Below are positions 54,686 to 64,000 of a DNA stretch of 64,000 nt, piece after piece; position 1 is the first letter of the stretch, and each line of letters starts with the position of its first letter. The notes under the pieces are model-generated. The model saw nothing but the letters and a program-made list of their open reading frames with translations. It made no database searches and was not told the origin of the DNA. A program made the position numbers and the translations under genes. Location: the NCBI GenBank assembly GCA_963749495.1, contig CAVVMW010000014.1, positions 64,001-128,000 on the forward strand. Reading direction: 5' to 3'. Origin of the DNA: an uncultured bacterium (GTDB lineage: Bacteria; Verrucomicrobiota; Verrucomicrobiia; Limisphaerales; UBA8199).

Positions 54686-55791
54686 CTACTCCAACCGTTT
54701 CCGGAACATCCAATCGGCCGCCGTCAGCGTGAGCACCGCGATGACGATGAGCGGCCAGAGGCTCTGCCAAAGAACCGCCGGGCCGATGTCCTTGAGAAAG
54801 ACCCCCTTGACGATGACGATGAAGTGGCGCAAGGGATTGAACCAATCAAGGTACTGGAGCCATGCCGGCATGTTCTCGATCGGCGAGGGAAAGCCGGACA
54901 ACAGGATGGCCGGCATCATGAAGCTGAAGACGCCCAGGAAGGCCTGCTGCTGGGTGGCGCAAACCGAGGAGATGAACAGCCCGCAGCCGACCAGGGCCAG
55001 GATGTAGAACACCATGCTGCCGTAAAGCAGCAGCAGCGACCCCTGGAAAGGAATCCGATAGACAAACACCCCGGCGCAGAGAATGATCGTGGCCTGAAAC
55101 ATCGCCACGAGCAAGGCCGGGACCGCCTTGCCGACCATGATCATGCCAGGGGTCAAAGGCGAGACCAGGAGTTGGTCGAAGGTGCCCTGTTCCTTCTCCC
55201 GCGCCACCGAGAGCGAGCTGACCACCATGGTGCCGACGGTCGTGATAATCGCCACCAGGCAGGGGAGGATGTGCCGGACGTAGTCCAGGTTCGGATTGAA
55301 CCAGTGCCGGACCAGGATTTTGGAGGGGGCGATGCTTGCCTGCGCCGACTGGCGGTCCTCCAGGTAGCCCTGAAGGATCTGCCGGACGTAACCCAGGGCG
55401 ATCTGGCCGCTGTTGGAGCGGCGTCCGTCCAGGATGGCCTGGAACGCGGCCAGCGGCAGGCCGAGACGTTGCGCGAAAAATCGGCCGGGAACTGCAGCAC
55501 CAGCAGCGCCTCCTGTCCGTCCAGGGCCCGCCGCATTTCAGCCGGGCTGCGCAAGGCCAGCAGCCGGGTGAAGGCCCGGGCCTTGGCCAGGCGCTGGATC
55601 AGCTCGAACGACTCCGCCCCGCCGTCCTGGTTCAACACCGCCAGCGTATTGTTTTTCACCTCGAGTGTGGCGGCGAACGGGAAGATGGCCAATTGCAGCA
55701 GCACCGGCATGATCAGCAGCATCCGCCCCTGCCGGTCCTGCAGCAGGGTCTGCAGCTCCTTGATAATCAGCTTTGCGATGCGATGGAACAT
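54686..55791 (-). CDS. ABC-2 permease, YbhR-like (frameshifted near 55450 and 55260)
   Basis: [43 protein letters not shown]. Confidence 0.85.
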
Positions 55792-56956
55792 GGATCAAAG
55801 CTCACTTCGAGCCGTTTCCGTGTCTTGAGGGCAGTCAGGCCGATAAACACGGCGGAGGCGGCCGCCAGGAAGAGGCTGCTCTCCAGGAGCACCGCCCAGA
55901 CATCGCCTGCCTGGAAGAGCGTTTGCATCGCGCTCACGAAGTAGCGGGAGGGGATGAGATAGGTTACCGCGCGGATGGCGGCGGGCATGCTGCGGATTTC
56001 GTAGATGAAACCCGAGAGCATGACGGCCGGGAGAAAGGCGGCATTGAGGGCGGCCTGGGCGGCATTGAACTGGTTGCGGGTGACCGTCGAGAGCAGCAAA
56101 CCCAGGCCGAGGGCGCTGCCCAGAAAGAGCGAGCCCACCAGCCACAACACCGCCACCGAACCGCGAAAGGGCACGCCCAACAGGAAAACCGACACCCCAA
56201 CGCATATAAGCAACGAGATCATCCCCAGCGCGTAATAGGGCAGGAGCTTGCTGAGCAAGAGCTCTGCCCGCGTCACCGGCGAGGCCAGGAGCGCCTCCAT
56301 CGTGCCGCGTTCCCATTCGCGCGCCACGACCAGCGAGGTCAGCAGCGCGCCGATTACCGTCATGATGACCGTGATCGAGCCGGGATCAGGTAGTTGCGGC
56401 TCTCGGCGGCCGGGTTGAACCAGAAGCGCGGCTCCAGCGCCACCGCCGCATCGGGCTCCTCCCCTGCCCCGCCGGCCCCGGGCGCCCCGCGCTCCGCCGC
56501 GCGCTGCGCCAGCCAGCCCTCCCAGGCGCCCCGGACATAGTTCTCCACGAAACTGGCCGTGTTCGGCTCCGCCCCATCCGTTACCACCAGCAGCGGCGCC
56601 GTCTGGCCCGGCTCCTTGAGCTTGCGCGCAAAATCCGGCGGCACCACCACAAAGCCCCGCACCCGGCCCTCGACCAGGTCCTTCTCGAATTGCTCCTGCG
56701 TGCGGCCCGCCTGCACGCGCAGGTAGGGCGAGCCAAACAGGCTGTCGGCAAAATGCCGCGCCTCCGGGCCGCTGTCCTCCAGGACCAGACCCACCCTCAG
56801 GCCCGGCGTGTCGAGGCTGATTCCGTAGCCGTAGATGAAGAGCATCACCACCGGCAGGATGAAGGCGATGATGTTGCTGCTGGGATCACGCAGGATCTGC
56901 AGCGTCTCCTTCTTGCAAAGCGCCCGGAGCCGGCGCAGGAATGCACGGAATTTCAT
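55767..56956 (-). CDS. ABC-2 permease, YbhS-like (frameshift near 56380)
   Basis: [31 protein letters not shown]. Confidence 0.87.
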
Positions 56957-58668
56957 ATTGAGGCATCATGCGCTTTCACCAGCGCGATGAACGCGTCTTC
57001 CATGGAGGGTTCGGGGTCCTGGGGGCTGGCCGTCTGTTGCTTAAGCTGGTCGGGCGTGCCGCAGGCAATGATCTGACCGCGGAACACCAGGGCGATGCGA
57101 TCGCAGTACTCGGCCTCGTCCATGAAATGCGTGGTGACCATGACGGTGACCCCCTTTTCCACCAGGCCGTTGATGTGCGTCCAGAACTCGCGCCGAGTAA
57201 CGGGGTCGACACCCGAGGTCGGCTCGTCCAGAAAGAGGATGTCGGGGTCGTGCATCAACGCACAGGCCAGGGCCAGGCGCTGCTTGAAGCCCAGCGGCAG
57301 CGTGTCCGGTGTGGTCTCCAGGAAGGGAGCCAGCTTGAAGACCTCGACCATCCCGGCCACGACCTGCTGCTGGCGCGCGCCGCTCAGGCCATAGACGCCG
57401 GAAAAGAATGCCAGGTTCTGCGATACGGTCAAACCCGTGTAGAGCGAGAATTTCTGCGCCATGTACCCCAGGCGCTGCCGGGCGCGGCTGGGACTGCGTT
57501 TCAGATCGATCCCCATCACGTGCGCGGTGCCGGAGGTCGGCCTCAGCAGCCCGCACATCATCCGGAAAATGGTCGACTTGCCCGCCCCGTTGGGCCCCAG
57601 CAAGCCGAAGATCTCGCCTCGCCTCACGGCGAAGCTGATCCGGTCGGCTGCAGTGAAGTTCCCGAACCGGCGGGTCAGCTCGACGGCCTCGACAACCGGC
57701 CGCCCATCGCCCAGGATCGGGTGTGCCCGTTGGGCCAGGGCCGAGTCGCCGCCGGGGCCGCCCCCCAGCACATCGATGAAGGCGTCCTCAAAGCGCGGCT
57801 CGACCGGGACCAGCCTCGCGGTCTGGCCGGCCTCGAACTGGGGCGGGGCGCTGCCGGGGCGGAGCACCAACCGGACGGTCTGGCCCTGGATGACGCCATC
57901 GAGGACCTCGTCGCGGCGCAGGGCCACGGCCAGGAACTGCCGGCGGCTGCCCTGGAAGTCGCGCGCCTGGAGGCAGCGCCCGCGCACCCGGGCCGTCAAA
58001 TCGCCCGGCTTGCCCGCGAAGAGCAGCCGGCCTTCGTTGAGCAGCCACACCTGGGCGCACAGCTCCGCCTCGTCCAGGTAGGCCGTGCTCCAGACCACCG
58101 TTTTGCCTTGCTCGACCAGTTCATGGACCATCCTCCATAATTCGCGCCTCGAAATCGGGTCCACGCCCACACCCGGTTCGTCCAGCAGCAGCAGCCGCGG
58201 TTGCCCCAGCAGGGCGCAGGCAAGGCCCAGCTTCTGTTTCATGCCGCCCGAGAGCTTGCCTGCCAGCCGCCCCGCAAACCCCTCAAGCCCGCTGAAGGCC
58301 AGCAGCCGCCCGAACGCCGCCTCCCGCTCCGGCCCAAGCACTCCCCGCAGGTCCGCGTGCAGGTCCAGGTTCTCCTGCACCGAAAGGTCTTCGTAGAGCC
58401 CGAACTTCTGCGGCATGTAGCCGATGAATTCCCGCAACTCGCCCCCCCTCCGGCTCGGGTCCAGCCCGTTGACTTCGATGCTCCCCGCTGACGGGGCCAG
58501 CAGCCCGGCGATCAACCGCATCAATGTCGTCTTGCCCGCGCCGTCGGGCCCCACCAGGCCCGTGACCATGCCCGCGCGCACCGACGCCGTAATCCCCGCC
58601 AACGCCGGGCGCGCCGCGCCCTTGAACGTCTTCTCCAGAGCCTTCACATGGGCCAAAATCTCAGGCAT
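56953..58668 (-). CDS. Duplicated-domain ABC ATPase, YbhF-like
   Basis: Two Walker A motifs (GPDGAGKT, GPNGAGKS), LSGGMKQK, DEPTSGVDP. Confidence 0.93.
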   Translation of the reverse strand: MPEILAHVKALEKTFKGAARPALAGITASVRAGMVTGLVGPDGAGKTTLMRLIAGLLAPSAGSIEVNGLDPSRRGGELREFIGYMPQKFGLYEDLSVQENLDLHADLRGVLGPEREAAFGRLLAFSGLEGFAGRLAGKLSGGMKQKLGLACALLGQPRLLLLDEPGVGVDPISRRELWRMVHELVEQGKTVVWSTAYLDEAELCAQVWLLNEGRLLFAGKPGDLTARVRGRCLQARDFQGSRRQFLAVALRRDEVLDGVIQGQTVRLVLRPGSAPPQFEAGQTARLVPVEPRFEDAFIDVLGGGPGGDSALAQRAHPILGDGRPVVEAVELTRRFGNFTAADRISFAVRRGEIFGLLGPNGAGKSTIFRMMCGLLRPTSGTAHVMGIDLKRSPSRARQRLGYMAQKFSLYTGLTVSQNLAFFSGVYGLSGARQQQVVAGMVEVFKLAPFLETTPDTLPLGFKQRLALACALMHDPDILFLDEPTSGVDPVTRREFWTHINGLVEKGVTVMVTTHFMDEAEYCDRIALVFRGQIIACGTPDQLKQQTASPQDPEPSMEDAFIALVKAHDASI

Positions 58669-58732
58669 TGGACGAACACAAGGGACAACAAAGAACCAAA
58701 GCGATGCAGCCGGTCAAAGCGTTTTGGGCGGT

Positions 58733-59722
58733 TCACCCATCGCGATTCACTCTCACCGTGACCGGCATCCCCTGGCGCAAACCCTCGTCAGGGTCGCTCA
58801 CCACCACGCGCAGGCGATAGACTAGCGAGGTCCGCAGCTCGGGCGTCTCGACGTTCTTGGGGGTGAACTCGGCTCGGGGTGAGATGTAGCCTATCTGGCC
58901 GGAGTAGGGTCTGTCCGGACGGGAATCGGTATAGACCTGGACCTTCATGCCGGGGTGCGTGCGGCCCAGGTCCGGCTCCGGGATGTAGGCGCGCACCCAG
59001 ACCGGCCGGGTTAGCGAGACCGTGAGGACCGTCGTGCCGGCCTGGACGACGGCGCCGGGCTCCTGGGCGCGCGTGAGGACCACACCGTTGCAGGGGGCCT
59101 TCATCTGGGCGTCCTCAAGCCGGAGCTGGGCGCTGGACAGCGCTGCCTCGGCCCGGGAAAGGTCGGCTTTGGCCTGGGCTATCTCCTCGCGGCGAAACCC
59201 CGCCTCGAGCAAGGCCAGTTGTTCGCGGGCGGACTTGAGCCGCGCCTCGGCCTCGCGACAACTCGCCTCGGCATCGTCTCGCTCCTGCACAGGGATGTTC
59301 TTGTTGGCAAAGAGTTCCTCCTGGCGCTTGAGCAGCCGTCCGGCATTGGCGGCGAAGACCTCTCGCTCGCCGACCAGGGCCCGGGCCTGCGCTATCTCTT
59401 CCGGGCGATTGCCTGCCTCCAGCAACTGGAGCCGCGCCCGCAACGACGCCGCCTGCCCCCGCGCCTCCTCGACCTCCCACCGATACGGCTCAGGATCCAA
59501 CCCCGCCAGCACCTCCCCGGCTTTGGCCACGTCGCCCTCGTCCAGGGCCACCTCCAGAATCTTGCCGGGCACTCGAAAACCGAGGTTGACCTCGCGGATA
59601 TCGACGTTTCCATACAACGTCAACCCGGCCGGCTCAGCCTTGCTACGGTGCGATTTGAAGAACCAGCCGGCCAGGCCCGCCAGAACAAGCGCCACGACCA
59701 CCAGGATGATCGGTTTTTTCAT
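58733..59722 (-). CDS. HlyD-family membrane fusion protein, YbhG-like
   Basis: LYGNVDIREVNLGFRV; AEFTPKNVET.ELRTSLVYR. Confidence 0.92.
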   Translation of the reverse strand: MKKPIILVVVALVLAGLAGWFFKSHRSKAEPAGLTLYGNVDIREVNLGFRVPGKILEVALDEGDVAKAGEVLAGLDPEPYRWEVEEARGQAASLRARLQLLEAGNRPEEIAQARALVGEREVFAANAGRLLKRQEELFANKNIPVQERDDAEASCREAEARLKSAREQLALLEAGFRREEIAQAKADLSRAEAALSSAQLRLEDAQMKAPCNGVVLTRAQEPGAVVQAGTTVLTVSLTRPVWVRAYIPEPDLGRTHPGMKVQVYTDSRPDRPYSGQIGYISPRAEFTPKNVETPELRTSLVYRLRVVVSDPDEGLRQGMPVTVRVNRDG

Positions 59723-59881
59723 GTGTCATTCCGGGATGCAGAGATCCCGGCGCCAGGAGTGTTTAGCAAAGCCTCCTGTGCCACAAGCACGAATGCCCTT
59801 AGATCCGTCTGCCCGGGCGACTCATGCTTGACGTGCGCGCGCGGCCTGAGGATGCTGCAGGCCGCTAAACTGAATCCGCGC

Positions 59882-60829
59882 ATGAGAACGAGAATCGAGA
59901 AGCTGGTTGGCACCGTGGCGGCAATGGCCCTGGGCCTCTGCCTGGCAGCCGGGCCTGCGGGGGCCGCGGCGGCCACCCGGAAGGCCCCTGGCCGGGCGCG
60001 CGTGCCCGTCACCGCCCGCAATCCTTACCTCGGCGCCATCGTGGTGGACGGCGCCGCCGGGCGTGTTTTGTTCGAGAACGGGGCGGACGCCAAAGGCTAT
60101 CCGGCCAGCGTGCTCAAGCTGATGGACCTGTTGATACTCCTGGAGAAGGTCGAACGTCACGAACTGACCTTGCAGGACCCGGTCACCGCCAGCGCCAAGG
60201 CCTCCCACACCGGGGGAACTCGCGTCTGGCTGGCGGAGAAGGAAACCTTCACCCTGGACGAGATGCTCTATGCCCTCATGGTCCGGTCGGCCAACAACGT
60301 GGCCGTGGCCCTGGCGGAAAAGGTGGCCGGCTCGACCGACGGCTTTGTCGAGTTGATGAACCGGCGCGCCAAGGAGTTAGGCATGCGCAGTACCCTCTTC
60401 CACTCCGTCCACGGATTACCCCCGAGCGCAGGCCAACAACCTGACATCACCACGGCGCGCAACCTCTCCATCCTCTGCCTGGAATTGCTCAAGCATCCCG
60501 ACACCCTCCGCTACACCTCGACCCGCCGGCGGCCCTTTCGCACCAATGTCCCGAATAAGACGGTGGATATGACGACGCACAACCATCTGTTGGGCCATCT
60601 CGAAGGCTGCGACGGCCTCAAAACCGGCTTCATCAGCGCCGCCGGCTATTCCATCGCCGTGACCGCCGCCCGCCACGGCCAGCGCGTCATCACCGTTGTC
60701 CTGGACAGCACCGACCGTCGCGTCCGTGATGCCAAGGCCGCCGAACTCACTGCCAAAGGCTTCGCCACCCTGGCTGCAGCCAATGGCGCTGCCGCCCCCA
60801 CCCCAGCCCGCGCCGGGGTGCGAAATTGA
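59882..60829 (+). CDS. D-alanyl-D-alanine carboxypeptidase (peptidase S11)
   Basis: Signal peptide, PASVLK (SxxK), SAN (SxN), KTG. Confidence 0.92.
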   Translation: MRTRIEKLVGTVAAMALGLCLAAGPAGAAAATRKAPGRARVPVTARNPYLGAIVVDGAAGRVLFENGADAKGYPASVLKLMDLLILLEKVERHELTLQDPVTASAKASHTGGTRVWLAEKETFTLDEMLYALMVRSANNVAVALAEKVAGSTDGFVELMNRRAKELGMRSTLFHSVHGLPPSAGQQPDITTARNLSILCLELLKHPDTLRYTSTRRRPFRTNVPNKTVDMTTHNHLLGHLEGCDGLKTGFISAAGYSIAVTAARHGQRVITVVLDSTDRRVRDAKAAELTAKGFATLAAANGAAAPTPARAGVRN

Positions 60830-60912
60830 AAAGCGTTTCGGGCTGGGCAACGGTCCATGGAAACGGGCAAGAGGAACTTGACACCAAACGGGGGTGGCGG
60901 AGTACCCTCATC

Positions 60913-61654
60913 ATGATGCGAAACCAATTCGCCCTGGCTCTGTGTCTGGCCGGCGGATTGGTGTGTCTGGCCGGCTCGACCCTGCACGCCAATCCGCTCA
61001 AGGATCCTAAGCGCATCCTCAGCGGAGGGACGGTTCAACCTGGACCCCTTGTTCCGCTGGTGGACCAACCGGCACGGGGCGCGCCCCCTGACCGCCTGGG
61101 TACACATCACCGGTCCCGTGGCTGCAACCAACGGCTGGAACTGGATCATTCAGGCCCGGCTCGATACCCCTCGCGCCCGCGCCAAGGCCCCCGACCATGA
61201 CGGCGCAACGGCAAATGGAGAGGTTCGGATCACCCTGCAACACCCGCCGGTCTGGGAACTGCAGGAGTTTGCGCGCTTGACCGCCCAACTCCAGGCCCTG
61301 AACGACCAGGCCCAAGCCCTCTCCAACCAGGTCAGCGCCGCCGCTGCGCGCATCCGCCAGATCCACTCCAGCCGCCTCCGGTCGCGGCTCCTGGCCCTGG
61401 AGGCCAGGGAGTTAACCGCCTCCGAAAACCAGGCCAAGGCGCTACTGGCAGCCGTCAGGCGCCAAATCGCCGATTGCCGGGCAAGACTGGCGGCCTATCC
61501 CAGCGGCGCCAAATACACCGTGGATTGCCTGGCCCTGGACACGGGCGGAGAATTGGACGGCCTCCCGATCTATGATTACGGCGTGCCGGCGCACAGAAGC
61601 TCGGATTCGAGTGCCGCCGCGCCCAAGCCCGCTGCCGACGCTGCCCACCGTTAG
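60913..61654 (+). CDS. Secreted hypothetical coiled-coil protein (frameshift near 61035)
   Basis: Signal peptide in one frame, continuation RWW..RPLTAWVHITG..LPIYDYG in the next. Confidence 0.55.
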
Positions 61655-61705
61655 GAACGGCCTGCCCCTTGACACGTCCTCTGGCCCGGGCCAATTTGGC
61701 CGCTA

Positions 61706-63105
61706 ATGAACCCGGCATGGGCCAAACCAAGACCACTCCGCATCTTGCAGAGCGCCTCACCCTCTGCTCTGAGTCCCGGCGCTGTCGCCCTCTGCCGCAG
61801 CCTGCTCGTGCTCGTTCTGGCGGCCGGGCGGTTGCCCGGCGCAGAGGCCCAACTGCCGCCCAACCCGCAGCCTGTGAAAACGCCCTTCCTGCTCTTGCCT
61901 GATCGAGTCTTCGACACCGCAGACGGCACGACCCACGCCGGCTGGGCCGCGCTGGTCGTCAGCAACACCATCGAACGCGGTCGGCCCCGCGGCCCAACTC
62001 CAGGGCCAAGCGCCGCCGGAAACCACCCGCATCGAACTGCCGGGCATGACCCTGCTCCCCGGCCTGATGGACCTGCACTCCCACCTCTTTCTCCATCCTT
62101 ATAATGAGGCCCTGTGGGACGACCAAGTGCTCAAAGAGCCCGTGGCCTATCGCTCCATCCTGGCGGCCATACACGCCCGGGATACCCTCCTGGCGGGCTT
62201 CACCCTGCTGCGCGACCTGGGCACCGAAGGGGCAGGCTTTTCCGATCTGTCCATCCAGCGCGCTATCCGCGAAGGCTTGATCCCCGGCCCACGCCTCCAG
62301 GTCGCTACCAAGGCCATCGTGGCCACCGCCTCCTATGCCCCCGGACCCCGGGGCTACGCCGAAAATGTCATCCTGCCCAAGGGCGCCCAGGAGGCCAGCG
62401 GCATCCCCGAAATCCTCAAGGCGGTGCGCGAGCAGGCCGGCGCTGGCGCGGATTCGGATCAAGGTCTATGCCGATTTCAGCAGAGGTCCCCAAGGCAAAG
62501 AAGCGCCCACCTTCAGCCTCGAGGAGTTGCGCGCCCTGGTCGAGGAAGCTCATTCTGCCGGGCGCCCCGTCTCCGCTCACGCCGTGACCGCCGAGGGCAT
62601 GCGCCGCGCCATCATGGCGGGAGTTGACACAATCGAACACGGCTACGCCGGCACCGACGAGGTCTTTCGCCTCATGGCTGCCAAAGGGGTCGCCTATCTG
62701 CCCACCCTCACGGCCGTTGAGGCCTACGCCCAGTACTCCCATGGCTACAAACCCGGCCAAACCCCTTACACCGCCCAAATGCAAGAGGCCCTCCGCTCGT
62801 TCAAGTCCGCCCTGGACAACCGGGTCATCATTGGCCTGGGCAGCGACGTGGGCGTCTTCCGCCACGGTGACAACTACCGCGAGCTGGAATGGATGGTGCG
62901 CGGCGGCATGACCCCAGCCCAGGCCCTCCTGGCGGCCACGGCCATCAACGCCAAGATCCTCCACAGGGAGGACTCGCTCGGCCACATCCGTCCCCGGATG
63001 CTCGCCGACCTTATCGCCGTCGCCGGCGATCCCACGGCCCGAATCGAGGCCGCGCGCGACGTGCGTTTCGTGATGAAGGATGGCGTCGTGTGGAAGCGGC
63101 CGTGA
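61706..63105 (+). CDS. Amidohydrolase family protein (prolidase-like; frameshifts near 61990-62030 and 62450)
   Basis: LLPGLMDLHSH, IKVYAD, AHA, IEHG, GSDVG, ADLIAV.GDP. Confidence 0.88.
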
Positions 63106-63117
63106 AGCAGATCAGTA

Positions 63118-63612
63118 TCACGCTCCGCCCGGGTGGCTCTGCTCGATGGCGAAGAGGAGGTACTTTTCGCCCTCGTGTTGGAAGGGCAAGGTGTGGATCA
63201 GGAAATCCTGGGGGCTTGGCGTCAGATTGATGAGGCGCGTGACGCGGCACTGGATGGAGGGCTTCTGGCCGGCCAGGGCCGCCAGGATGGCCTGGGCAGC
63301 GCCGCATTCCTCGCAAGAGACCGAGGTGCCGCACCCGGCCTCCATGTCGTGCGCGTGCAGGCAATCGAGCGCCTCGCCGGGGCGCAGTCCGACGATCAAC
63401 TCCAGGCTCCGGTTCTGCAGCAGGCCCTGCACGGGCCGGCTGGCATAGACAATCTGCCGCTGCACGTTGAGGATGAAAACGCCATGGCCAACCGAGTCGA
63501 GCAACTCCCTCGCGATAGGCGATTGCTCCACCGCCGCCTGCTGCCGATGAACCACGTCAATCGGCACCCGCTCCGCCGGCATGAATTCGGTTGCCAGGAT
63601 CCGCGTGCTCAT
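63118..63612 (-). CDS. Stand-alone PAS-like protein with Cys-rich motif
   Basis: LLDSV..FILNVQRQIVYA; GLRPGEALDCLHA..GCGTSVSCEECGA. Confidence 0.7.
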   Translation of the reverse strand: MSTRILATEFMPAERVPIDVVHRQQAAVEQSPIARELLDSVGHGVFILNVQRQIVYASRPVQGLLQNRSLELIVGLRPGEALDCLHAHDMEAGCGTSVSCEECGAAQAILAALAGQKPSIQCRVTRLINLTPSPQDFLIHTLPFQHEGEKYLLFAIEQSHPGGA

Positions 63613-64000
63613 TGTCTGCCTTCCATTGTTCTTGGTGTCTGCGCCCGCACATCAGGCCCTGTCGCTCATTTGGACACGTCCGCGATGGAAATCAAGCTCG
63701 ATTTTCGACGCCCCCATCAATGCCATCAATTGGGCGTAAGACAGAATTCTTCGGATCGGACGGTATCTGTGCACCGCGGAGCGGTGACTGACGGTAGCCG
63801 TGGACTTCAGTCCACGGGACCCACGGCCAAACACCACCTGCGTCGCGTAGCGACGCCTGCGGCCTGGAGGGCGTGGGCAGGTCGGGCGTCGCTGCGCGAC
63901 GCGCTGCCATTCCCATGCCCTGAACCGTGGACCGAGGTCCACGGCTACCTTCGGATCATCGCTACGCGATGAGCCGGATCGGACCAGTGCCTGGATTTCT

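Noticed and set aside
1006..62985. Long antisense or alternate-frame ORFs overlapping assigned genes (e.g. 39546-42155, 50100-52520)
   Set aside because: Shadow ORFs expected from high-GC codon bias; no motifs
10940..63105. Frameshifts in cas1, LTD genes, hrpA, ABC permeases and amidohydrolase as pseudogenisation or programmed frameshifting
   Set aside because: Scattered across unrelated genes, often near homopolymers and without nonsense decay; long-read indel error is the simpler explanation

Overview
High-GC bacterial window. The gene content (lamin-tail/CotH giant proteins, PEP-CTERM, BlaI/M56, abundant heptamer and REP-like palindromes) suggests Verrucomicrobiota; this is an inference. 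Many ordinary genes carry single-base frameshifts, most likely long-read indel errors. Left to right: LysR + ABC-2 efflux operon; a complete type I-C CRISPR-Cas locus on the minus strand (cas3-cas5c-cas8c-cas7-[DUF2442]-cas4-cas1-cas2-leader-67 repeats); a DUF3800 gene with a structured upstream RNA lying between the main array and 2-3 degenerate trailer repeats; two giant LTD/CotH surface proteins; DUF1614; BlaI + M56-GumC fusion; GH130 + sodium:solute symporter; a secreted trypsin-fold protein with GDCG; PEP-CTERM; hicBA; flavin-binding protein; hrpA; a YbhGFSR-like ABC exporter; DD-carboxypeptidase; amidohydrolase; PAS protein. Best finding: a solitary degenerate CRISPR repeat + spacer + hairpin (20241-20343, + strand) divergent from cas3. 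Its spacer matches the predicted cas3 transcription start at 15 of 17 nt with mismatches at positions 6 and 12 (and 18), the positions Cascade does not read, next to a non-canonical GCC flank. This is a candidate Cascade-guided autorepressor RNA. Also notable: integrase-free toxin-antitoxin-like cassettes bracketed by duplicated 5' ends of the downstream host gene.
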